A stretch of 64,000 nucleotides of DNA from Ptychomitrium polyphyllum. Its lineage: Eukaryota. The stretch is from positions 14,508,001 to 14,572,000 of the forward strand of contig OZ316775.1 in the NCBI GenBank assembly GCA_973851085.1. Reading direction: 5' to 3'. The notes under the pieces were generated by a model. The model saw only the letters and a list, made by a program, of their open reading frames with translations. It was not told the DNA's origin and ran no database searches. The number at the start of each line of letters is the position of its first letter. Position 1 is the first letter of the stretch. The position numbers were made by a program, and so were the translations under genes. Below, piece by piece: positions 39,114 to 50,235 of this stretch.

Positions 39114-39472
39114 TGCATGCCATTTTTAGCCCTATACTTTGAAAGTTCTCATAAGGTTTTCAGTTATAAATGAATGAAGTACCACTTTTTAAAAAAAACA
39201 TTCATCATTTTATTTGAAATTCATCCATATTACACATCAATTACCTTTTTTGTATGACAAATGGGAGGTCTTAATTGTTCTATTACAATGTATCATAGTC
39301 GAACTATAAGATAAATTTTGAACTAGGTAAATTGATAACATAAAAATATATCATATAGTCAAGGTTATTGTATAATCAAGTGTTATACTAGTAAGGGTAA
39401 ACTGTAATAATTGTCATAATGTAATAATTGTCATAATGTAATAATTGTCTTGATCCTATCACAATACAAAAC

Positions 39473-39991
39473 GCCACGTGTGTCTCTGCCTCGTAGTAGG
39501 CAACACTACTGCTCTCATGATAATCTTGCATTCTAGAGTGCCTATCAGTCAAGTGCTGCAAATCAGCCATGGCAGCTTTGTTGAACCAACATTCAATCTC
39601 TGCTGCCTTTTGGGTGTTTCCTTAGAACCATATTTGGGCGACCCCACTGAGTGGCTGCAGGTAGTATTGTCATGGAAACGCATTCTAAGCGGGCGGTAGA
39701 GAACTAAGGCCGAGATGCAGTGTGAACGTGCAAGGCACTGAAGGTGACAGGTGTGAAAGGGACAGAGAGGCCAGAATTTAAGATCCGTCGAAATAGCGAG
39801 GCAACAGTTGTCACACGTCGCTAAGAAAAGTGCCACACGTCTGTTTGCAGAAGAAACCTCTGCGAAGAAGCGACGTTGTACTGTTGCGTACTTGATCCAG
39901 ATCGCTTGCCGACACGGTTTGCCGCCTGTGCTCCGCCCCGCCCAAGTTCGTCCTCAAGTTCCTCAGCCTCACCAAATCGCTGCATATATAT
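39473..39991 (+). promoter_or_regulatory. Promoter of the C2/SRC2-like gene: G-box/ABRE and TATA
   Basis: GCCACGTG at 39473-39480, ACACGT motifs near 39813 and 39835, and ATATATAT at 39984-39991 about 230 nt before the ATG. Confidence 0.45.
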
Positions 39992-40220
39992 GCACGCTCC
40001 CTCTCTCACACTTCTCATCATTAGCTTTTATATTTACAGAGATCAGCACATACAGTTGACAACCACATTTACTGTATAGAAGAGCTAGAATTGGTTCGAA
40101 CGCTAGCAATCAGACATCATTTGTTCAGTCTAGTACATCGGAAGCACATCAGAGGGGGAGCATTAAGATTTGGACGTCATCTGATCGATCGGGAGTTGAG
40201 AGTGCGATTCGATCAGAATC

Positions 40221-40940
40221 ATGGGGCAGCCGCAGCGGGAACTGGAGGTGACGGTGCTTTCGGCGCAGGACTTGAAGAACGTGAAGCTGCTAGGTGGAGC
40301 CATGGACCCCTACACCGTGGTGTGGGTCTACCCTCACATGAAGGTCGCGGGCCCTGTGAACAAGGGTGGGGGCGTCAACCCCACTTGGACCTCCGTTATC
40401 ACGCTTGTGGTGGAGGAGAGCCTCTTGCAGCAGGGCGCCGCTGCTATTACGGTGGAGATTTACAACCATGGGAAGCTTTCCAACAAGCTCATCGGCTCTG
40501 CCGTCATTCCCCTGTCGGACGTGTACAGGGGAGCAGAAGGTTTAGGGGTGAAGTCTGCGTCGTACCAGGTGCGGACGAAGTCTGGGAAGTCGCAGGGACT
40601 TATTAACGTAGCGGTGAAGGTTGGGAAGGTGTTGTCGGAGGCGGACGCCGTCAAGTACGCGGCCCCGAGCATCGGCGTGCCAGCTATGGGCATGGCGGGC
40701 GGGCAGTACGCGCAGCAGTTCAACCAGCAGCAGTACTATCCTCAGCAATACCCTCAGCAATACCCTCAGCAATACCCTCAGCAGTATCAGCAAGCAGCGA
40801 AGACAAAGAAAAGCGGCTTTGGTGGCGGAGGTGCGGGTTTGGGGTTAGGCGCGGGCCTGTTTGGAGGGTTGTTGCTTGGGTCGGCGTTGGACGGAGGAGG
40901 TGGTTGCGGTGGAGGATGCGGAGGTGGCTGTGGGGGTTGA
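40221..40940 (+). CDS. SRC2-like C2-domain protein, intronless, 239 aa
   Basis: N-terminal C2 domain (ELEVTVLSAQDLKNV..MDPY..GGGVNPTW..ITVEIY..SYQVR..SGKSQGLINV), Q/Y/P repeats (QQYP), hydrophobic GLGLGAGLFGGLLLG and a Gly/Cys tail, with GC-rich coding-like codon usage. Confidence 0.92.
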   Translation: MGQPQRELEVTVLSAQDLKNVKLLGGAMDPYTVVWVYPHMKVAGPVNKGGGVNPTWTSVITLVVEESLLQQGAAAITVEIYNHGKLSNKLIGSAVIPLSDVYRGAEGLGVKSASYQVRTKSGKSQGLINVAVKVGKVLSEADAVKYAAPSIGVPAMGMAGGQYAQQFNQQQYYPQQYPQQYPQQYPQQYQQAAKTKKSGFGGGGAGLGLGAGLFGGLLLGSALDGGGGCGGGCGGGCGG

Positions 40941-42049
40941 TTAATTTGTAACCTCAGTACAGATTCGTTCATGTAACTGTATTTGGAATTCTGTCCAGTT
41001 TGTAGCAGCAGTTCCCTTGATGAGTAGTGTTAGCGGGATCTCGTGTACATAGATTTGCGCAGTTAGGGAGCACAGAATCGGGCTTCTGGTGGAGCGTGAT
41101 TCGTGAATTTCAATTAAGTTTCCTGTGTAACAATTGCGTCGTAGTGGACATTACACTGATGTCAGTGCGGTCTAAACTATTAGATTAGTCAAATATTTTT
41201 TGTGCTCGTGCACTGCAATTACATGATTGGATTTTGTATCCTCGTTCTTCTTGTGAATTGTCCCTCGGTGATTCGTCCTGGGGTAGTTGAGTTTGTACGT
41301 CAGATGATGAATCATGCACTAAACATCTTTGGAGGCCTTGGTGCATACGGCTGTTGGAATCTGAGAAAAAGGTCAAGAAATTTAGTTTGAAGTTGTTGCA
41401 AATAGTCTGAGACAGAAACTTTAGCGGTGTTAACGAACTTGTCACTGATGACTTAGAGTCCAGTTTGTAGCTGTGCAAAGTGTTTTATCAGTCGTGATTA
41501 ATTAAACGTATGTATGTTTCAATGTAATGCTGTCATGCATAATTGAAAATGATAGAAGCAGAAATTGAGTATTGCATCGGCATAAGAGTTTGTAGTAAGT
41601 TGTAACTGAACATATTGAGCAACATTCTCGGCAAAAATCATCTGTTAAAGGCATCCTTTATACATTGAGTTGTTGCAACTGAGAGGAATGCAGCAATCAA
41701 GTCGTATTTACTGGTTGCAGTGGTCAATAACATCATAATGATCTCGTATGGCAATTCAGTTCTTCCTAATGATTCACATCCCATTTGAAACCTTGGTAAT
41801 ACGAGGTGCTGAAGGTATTTTTGTTTGTCAATAGAAAGTCAATGTAGACAATTATAAATTCAAGCCGGTAGCCCATGACACTAGACATGGATCTTACTTG
41901 ACTGTTTCACATTGAGATCTTTTGCCTTCAGGAACACAATCATCACTTAGTATCATCATCTAACATCTGAAGCGTCGCAATGATCTTTTTCCAGCCAGAT
42001 TGCTCCAGAATTTCATGGCAAGAATTTTTTTATATAGAATTGTTGCCAC

Positions 42050-44545
42050 TGCTCTTATCCATTTGAATTATTTGCCAAATTGGATGAGAGCATTATATAT
42101 TTGGATAAAAATTAGTTCAAAAATATAGATGGAGAATAGTTTGTTGCCATTCTTGGCATACTCAAATGTTATTGGTTGGAACGGGGGATGAGTTGGGGTT
42201 GAACCGCATGCACAGGAGTGTTGATTTGGATTGCTAGTTTCTTGGAGTTAGTGATTACTGAAAGTTTTTGAATTTGATTACGTGTAGGATGTGAGGAGTG
42301 TGGGGTTTGATGTTTAAGTGTAAGTTTACTGGAGCATCTGGATTTGTCGTGCGTTGAAGTTAAGGAATCGCGCTTGGCGACTGTGGCCAAGTTCACAGGC
42401 ATGGGGCTCCTTTCGATCAAGCTCATGAGGACGAAGTGGTTCAGGACTGTTGGAGTGAGGAGCCTTGTAGAATCCAAGTCTCTGAAGAACTGGATCTTTC
42501 GTTTTGCACACAAGTTGGAGATGTGGAGGTGATTGCCCTTGATGGGCTCAAGCACTTGCAGAAGCTGAAGCTGACGCATTGCCGTTATGTCGCGGATGTG
42601 GGGTTATCTGCACTAGGTAGTTGCAATGAGCTTAGAACCCTATGTTTGAAGTTTTGTTCCGGACTTGGTGATGATGGCATCCAGAATGTTGCAACCGGTT
42701 ACCCGCAGCTTTGGAATGTCGAGCTTTCGTTTACTGATGTAAATCGGCAGGCTTCGGGCTACTCTGTTGTTCGCAAAGGTGGAGATTATAGTCGATAAGC
42801 GCCGGTCTTACAATCTCGCTGTGTCTCTAGGTCTTACTCGTTCGTTTGGCATCTTTTGAGAAAAATATTGTCTGCTTTCCAACGTCAATGAACAGGATTC
42901 AGGTTAGATCTTTCAGATTCCAGTTGCACAAGAACTCTCTTAGCTTGCTTTTATGTTTACATTAATTCAAGGATTTGCAAAACGTATCAGACAGAGGGCT
43001 GTCCTCCCTTGCCCTTTTGGAGAATCTAGAGTGTCTTACAACAATGTGAGTGACAAGGCCCTAATTGTCTAAAAACGGATGCAAAGCACTACAGGTGCAC
43101 CACTCTGAATTTGTAACACACCACTCTGAATTTGTAACTTTGTTCACTTACTTGGCTTGCTGGGGTGCACGGAAATTAGCTGGAGATGAATCGAATTATT
43201 CCATAAATTGAAAAAGTAGTTTCAGTAAACTTGGTACGTTGAATGCTCTGAATTTCTTGTGTTTCGTATGATTCTTTCACGCATCCAATCCTAGAATCTG
43301 GTAACATTTGAGTTGTTGTGGTATGTGCACCTTGCCCAACAGAAGCTAGATGTGGCAAAGTGCTCAAATCTGAGTAGTCATGGTATCATCACCTTGATTC
43401 ATAGCTCAGTTCAAATACAAGAGCTTAATCTTTCTTACTGCAAGCTGGTATGTGGTTGTCTGCTCAGCAACACAGGTTTTACAGGGTAGCATCAAAGGAC
43501 ACAATTCTGCAATTAATGAAAGGCTTCTGGGAATTTTGAACTGTGAAAGTGAAGCAAACAGGCTGTGTTGTAAATCTCTGCGAAGTGATACGTTATACTA
43601 ATCTTATTGATTCTTATTGATTCTTATTGAGAATTATCGATAGAAATAGTTCTCAATACAGTGCGCTGTTATTTACCTCTTTTGGAGAATCAAGGACTTG
43701 CTGCCTGATGGCGATAGAAGTCGGTTGATTGTGTGACAGGGTTAAGGTCTATTGCAAGGTGCACTGTGTTAAACCACTTGGCGTTACTGCACGGATATCA
43801 TAAACGTTGGACTGGTGCACGTTAGAGCGATTTGCAAGAACCTACAGGAATTTGGTTGTACAAGTTCGTTCTAGCGTGGGGCAGGGATTCATACTGCGAC
43901 TTCATTTTTGTGCAAGTTCTGAGTTGGAATTTTGCAGCTAATACATAGTGATTTTATGCCTGTTTTTATGTTTCATATGATGTTAATGTGCAACATTCTC
44001 ATGTGAAGTAGGGTGATAAGTGTTAGCGAGGTCTTAAACCTGGTCTTCAACATATTGTGATTTGAGCAGTGTGTATATTTTCTCGCCTCTGTAGAAACTT
44101 ACTGCTCGTATTAATAGTACCTTCGACATTCTGTTATATTATGGTCAGATAAGGTCTGTGATCTGCTACCATCTTCTCTCCGTTCTGGTGTATCGTCTAA
44201 TCTCTGAGGGCATTGCTTCACCGAATCAGTAGAACCGTATGCTTATATACCGTTAAGCCAGGTCTAATAATCTCTTACCTAATAGATTCACATGCCCGAT
44301 TTTCAGATTTCGGAGGGCGGTAGGGATCGGCGATGAAAGAGTTGCAGCGATTGTGAGTGGTTGTAGGCGTTTGAAGGTGGTAAATATATCTTATTGCGAA
44401 TCTATCACAGATGCAAGCTTGCACTTTCTTGCAGTCCTGAGATATTTCTGCTGCTAGAGTTGCGGGCCGTGTGAACTCAGCAAGAATCTCCTATATTGCT
44501 GCATCTTGCAAACACCTGCGGGAGTTGGATGTTGAAGAGCTGTAT
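42050..44545 (+). pseudogene. Decayed F-box/LRR-repeat protein (FBL3-like)
   Basis: Cys-containing LRR fragments in order: LEHLDLSC (~42330), ELDLSFCTQVGD..LKLTHC..LCLKFCSGLGDDG (42490-42740), VSDRGLSSLALLENLECL (~43000), KLDVAKCSNLSSHG..QELNLSYC (43345-43447), GLRSIARC (~43740), RAVGIGDERVAAIVSGCRRLKVVNISYCESITD (44310-44415) and ASCKHLRELDV (~44500). Frameshifts (e.g. ~42480) and missing segments are present. Confidence 0.8.
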
Positions 44546-47500
44546 ATGTATTGGTTGATAATACAATGGTTGCTCTAATGATTGAAAAGTCGAAACTATG
44601 CAGTTATTTCACCATGTATCAGAATTTGATTTCCAGATGTCTCTGGAAGAGATTACAAAAACAGATTCCATACAGTTATTGTCTTCAGTTGTAAATGGCG
44701 GTGCAGGTATTCATGCAGTCTCATAATGTAGCACATTGTGCTCCACACTACTTCGAATTTTACTCACTCTCAATATGTGATAACTTTTTAGATTACTGAT
44801 TAGCTTTGTAATGGTCTTGATATCGTGTGACCTCTGTAGAAAACTTGAAGTCAGGTCTGTCATGAAGTGTTCCAAATTTCAAAGTCCTTTCATTTCCAAT
44901 GATGTCATTCTGGTTTTCATGAGTTACAATATATGACATTTTTTAGCAGCATGATCATCACTAAAACAGTAAAGCATCTAAAGCATCTAGCACTAGGAGA
45001 AGTGCAATAGTGTTTTAGTACTTGTGTCACATAACATTCTTTTAACAATTGAAGTAATCCACCTTCATTTTGGAAAGTGGGAAGTCAACAATAAATGATA
45101 ATGAGGGCACGTGATAGAATATATGAAGACATGAGTCTCGTTTGGTGACTTTGCTCAAAAACTCCTCATTTTTAATAGAAAACGTTTCTCAAGGTGGAAT
45201 CGAACCTTCGGAAGATGGCATGCTTCGTTTTTAAGAGGGTGTTCAGAGGGGTCAGTGAAGAATCTTATGCAACTCTCAAGGTTATCAAATTCAGAAATAT
45301 ATGTGTTTAGTATTAGCGTGTCTTCCATGTATTCGAATACGCCGGAGCACAAGTACGGGTACATAATCTTCCCACTTGCCAGTTCCCTTGTCCTGCGCCC
45401 ACAAATTTTTCAAAGTCCTGACAATCCTTGAACATCACTCCTCCGATTGCCTCGATACCTGGTGACTAAGGCGCCACATTCAATTACAGATATTAATGGA
45501 TGTAGATTATCAAGAAGTTGTGAAAGCTTTGGGATTCAGAAGTATTTTGTGCCGGATTCTGATGTAAACTTTCTATTGTGTTCTTTTCTGTGAAAATACA
45601 GTTTGAGGTATCTCCTGGACACATGATGTGGGTTATCAGAGATTGTCTGCATCAGCACATTTCCTGAATCCTTATCATAGGAAAAAACACATGTAATAAA
45701 AGGTTCAGAATATAGGTATTGCTGTCCTAATGTTGCTGTCACAAGTATAGTACTAGAATCAAGGCATGTGACTATTTCAGGTTCACTGCAGACTGCACCC
45801 TTCCAAGTTACAATAAACCTTGGCTCCTTGAGTAAAGCACGGTAGTAATATTCTGATTCTGCTGTGACTGACTGAATCTTGAGCATAAAATATGAATACA
45901 CTCCCTCTTAGCAGGAACTATTCTTGACTAAAATACAGGAGACACTGCCATGGTTTCTTGCTTATATTTTCGTCATTTTAAATGAACAAAAATTGAGCTA
46001 GATTGGATGACAATCAAGTTACAGGGCCTTGGCCGAAATGCACCTGTAGGATTTTCCATGTGTTAAGGGTAGACGGGCTAGGATTCTAACATTGAGGTGG
46101 TAAGTAACTGTTGAAAACTTGAAGCATTGTGCAATTTCCCTAGTCATTGTTATGCATGTTAACCTATGTTTGTTTATCTAAGCAGTGTACCTTTCTTTGG
46201 CTCCAAACTCATTGATATATTGTGATGGTTCAATCTTCCACTTTATCTAAAATTTGTTGTGTCACATTCAATGTCTTCAACTCCTTTCCCCTTTTTTGAG
46301 TGCAAGTGCCTCTCTTTGCAATGGTGTTGCTTCCTGGAGTCTGAGATCTTCTGTGCCTGGGTGCTCCTTCACTACAATATCTAATATTGCAATTTGTATT
46401 GTCTTCTTTATTTGCACTTTCTCTCTGATACAAGATTCATTGTTTGCATGCATGCCTTAATTGCCAGTTGCTTGTGTGTAATCCCTTGCCTTCATTCAAA
46501 ATAACATCTTTTTAAATTAAACCAAAGTAGTTTTTGTCCTAAATGCAAGGCAGTAAATTAAACAATTACATGAAATTGCTTTGCATACATAAATCAAGGA
46601 TTATTTTAATGATGTAAATGATTTTATGGTTAGAAATAAGACACATTAAAATTTATTCCATAACTTGTATTAGCAAAACTAATGTGCATCTAATCTTGTT
46701 TTATATTTATTACATTGTATTATATTATAAGTCTTGTCGTTAAGGCAAGATGCAATTTGGATGAAGAAGGCTAATGGATATATTCTGTTAAGGAATTTTG
46801 AGGATTATAAGGTTTGCTACAGAATGAAAAAAGGTGCATTGTAAAGAGAGTAAGGTTAGCAATACAAAAGAAGAGAGTATTAGGAGAATAAATAAGGAGC
46901 AGAGAAAGGAAATAGGAAAGTATAATAACTTAAGTTAGAAGGGCAGTAGATTGCGGTTGATAAAATTGGTACAAGAGTTCAATTTAGAAAAGAAATTGAA
47001 TAGTAAGTTGTAGCAAGGAAATAAGAAAAATGCAACAATATGGTTTAATTTAGAAACAAAGGAATGTGAGAAGGATTAGCCAAAAAAACTGTAGAAGGTG
47101 GCAATCCAAGAGTAGCAAGAGTTTAGCAAGGTTTACAATTATAGGCCTAGATAAGTTAGCAAGTGAGCAACGGATATAGTAGGAGGCCTCGCAAAAGGTA
47201 TCCAACAACAACATAGAAGTGTGATAAGATTTGAGGAGTTGAAAGAGACAGCGGCAAGGCTGAAGTGGAGCGGCGAGATATTGATGGTTGCAACAAACCA
47301 GCAAGCAGAAAGGAGACGTGATCAAAAGCGTGGATCCTCCACTAGTGGTCAAATTTTACACGAGACCACCTTAAACGGCCTACATTATAGTAAAAGAAAT
47401 ACAACTATATAGACTTAATTAGTTGGGCTTAACGCTTAATTAGATTCATTAATTAGTTTTGTCCAATTGCATTAAAATTATGTAGACACTCATGCTCAAA

Positions 47501-49230
47501 TAATGTGGATTTCAATAGCACTAGTTTAGCCTTATGACAAATTCTATTCTCATCAAAAAGCACTTGGTGAAAGTGCTTTTAAGATTAAATTAGCATAATT
47601 TTAGAACAAATTGGATACAATGCAAGGAGATGTATTAGATATTTGTAATAGAGGCTGTTAGATAATTAAAGATGTAACTTTTCTTAGATCTTTTTATGCT
47701 ACGATTAATGTCCTTTGTACAAAATTAAAATTCTACAGCGACCATATTAGTAGTATAGTAGTCTTGCTTTCTTCTAATATAGTTGGTGTTGGAAAACTAT
47801 TTGAGCCTTTTCTTAGCTTTGTTTTGCAGAGGCGGCTTGTGGTAGTTTATAGCGCTTTACATTCTTTCTTAGCTTTGGAAGACATGCGTGCAATATGCCA
47901 TTGCAAATGATTAATCTCAATTTCTAAAATAAACATTGTGTGAGCAACTCCATTATCAATTGCCTCCAAAGATTTTTTAATGTATGCCTCAATGAACTAG
48001 TAGCAGGGCGGTGTCATGGATATTGATTATGCAATATAATCTTTAAAACCTTTTGAAACCTTCTGGAACATTGTAGTAGCTTTTTAGAATATTTTCAATG
48101 CTTCCATAGTATGAGTCAAATAAGATTTTTGCTAATTAGAAGATTTATAGGCCCACATAGATCTACTTATAAACTCTCTGGTACATGCTTGACATTATAG
48201 TTTTAATTAGGTATTCTTAATTTATGCTATTTTACATATGATAAGTAGATTTTTTTTTGTAATAGTAGGTTCACATACAACCTTAAGTGCAACTCTAATT
48301 AAATTCACACAATTCTAATAAATCTACGGTAATATTGGCGCTCGAGGTGGTTCCGTAATAACATGGGCCGCTAGTGCAAGGCCCATTACTAGGTTCCCAC
48401 TTTGGATGCTCCTTCGAGCACTATGTGAATTGGTGATTATAAATGAACTCTTAGTATAGTTAATAAGCTTAATTATTTAACGGATTCATTAGAGACACCA
48501 ATTTTATATCCATAATTATTATTTTATTCTTCTTATTAAAAATTTCTAATTGCTAAATTTCTAATTCTTTTTATTGCTTAAAAAACTATTCCTTTAGAAA
48601 ATACCTAAATCTCATACTAAGAAAAAAACCTCCATACATTGTTTTTTTTCCTCTTTTTATAGGGTTTTTTTCTCTAACTACCAATTTTCTTAACTATTAA
48701 ATTTTCCTAGGCCCTTTAAACATTAGCTCTTGCCTTAACTTCTTCTAAATGTAGTTTCTTCTCTAATTTTAGCCACTGTTCCAAATTTAGCTATTGATCT
48801 AAATTTAGTGACTATTTTAAATAATAATTCTACACTATTGCTAAATCAACTTCTAATTAATAACTTATCTAAATTGTGAAAACCATCTACTATTTTATGA
48901 TTCCATCATTCCATTATACATAAAATTCATGGACAATGAGCATCCCCCTTAACTGCCCTATAATTCCTTTAATAAGCAAATATAACTTAATCCCTTGGTC
49001 CTAATTATGCCTAATTCCTTCTATAACCATCAATTTTTAAGAAAAAAAGTATAATAAAATAATTCTACAATTGACACATAGTCATTCCAATCCTTGGAAT
49101 TGATTAGAAAAAATATAAAATAATATATTTTATTCGATCTATTAACTCCGTAAATGTAGGCTTTAAGCGTTCTAAAAACCACCGTAAGTAAATCCTCTGT
49201 GACCTTTGAGTTTTTGCCAAAATTGCCCGA

Positions 49231-49258
49231 TGTCCCTTGCAAGCGGCCAAGACTCTAG
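49231..49258 (+). mobile_element. Putative Helitron 3' terminus
   Basis: Near-palindrome TGTCCCTTGCAAGCGGCCA (49231-49249) is followed 5 nt later by CTAG (49255-49258) and then T. This is the canonical Helitron 3' signature. The 5' end was not located. Confidence 0.4.
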
Positions 49259-49899
49259 TATAGTATAAGTGCTGGTCCCTTTTGGTCTTGATGTTACCTA
49301 CTGAAAGACCTCCGCCTTTTTGTGGATGCTTTTTTGTTCAAGCAAAAAAAAATCAGATGGAAATTTGGTCACATAGGACTCAAAAGAACCAATAATCAAC
49401 CTAATATGAATTTGCTATGTAAATGAAAACTTAGAGAAAAAAACAAGAAAAAATATAGAAAACCGTAGCAAAAAATAGATTTTTTTAATTTGTTGCATAT
49501 TTTTTTTCATTGCCTAGTCATATAGTGTTGCTTACCTTTGCCACTCAAGCGTATGGCATCTGCCGACTTAGGCTCTTCTTTTTTGCCAATATCAGCGTTT
49601 TCCTGAAAAAACTCGCAGCAATTCTTTTTTTGAATATTTGAAGCAAGTAGGCAAGTACTACGAGCCCTCTGTTCTTAGATTGGACCCCGGTAAAAGTAAG
49701 GATCTTTTAGGATTGGAGTGTGCCCTTCCTTCTTTTAAGGGTAAGATTTCACACGTTACGTGCAAGAAGCCTTCGGCCCTTGCCCAAGGGTTTCATCCCC
49801 GGGTTTCTTCATTGCTAGGATTTTTCCGTATGCTTTTGACGAAAGCCTTATCTCCTACGACTTGTGTCTTTGCTAGATAGTATTAGCTAGTAGTGCCGT

Positions 49900-50235
49900 C
49901 CTACCCGACCTAATAGATTTCTAAAACATTCTTAAGCTTTATAGGAAGCTTCTTTAGAAATAATCTAGGAAATACAAGCATTGTAATATAAATAGAAGGC
50001 AAAGACAAAGTATACCTTAGTCTTGCCAATACAAGTTGTGGATCATATTGTAATGTGCCTTTTTCCTAGTATTTGTATTAGTTCTTGTTAATTATTAACT
50101 CTTTAGAAGCTAATTCTTGGAAACTACTTTGTATTTGTTTCTTGTTTTTTGTATATTCAATAACATCTTTGCGGTGCCTAACTTTTGATTTAAATACACA
50201 AGCACGAGTTTTTAAGTTGATTGGTATCATCGCCG
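49900..50235 (+). mobile_element. Possible degenerate LTR remnant with tRNA-iMet PBS-like site
   Basis: A GAAGCTTC-containing stretch, a TATAAATAG box (~49988) and TGGTATCA at 50222-50229, similar in layout to the putative LTR at 1561-2070. Weak support. Confidence 0.3.

Noticed and set aside
45155..45901. Minus-strand ORFs 45155-45364 and 45536-45901 as a gene
   Set aside because: No recognisable domain and no consistent splice model. A small pseudogene fragment cannot be excluded.
46700..48360. Gypsy-type remnant
   Set aside because: Composition suggests TE debris, but I could not identify a domain, paired LTRs or a TSD.
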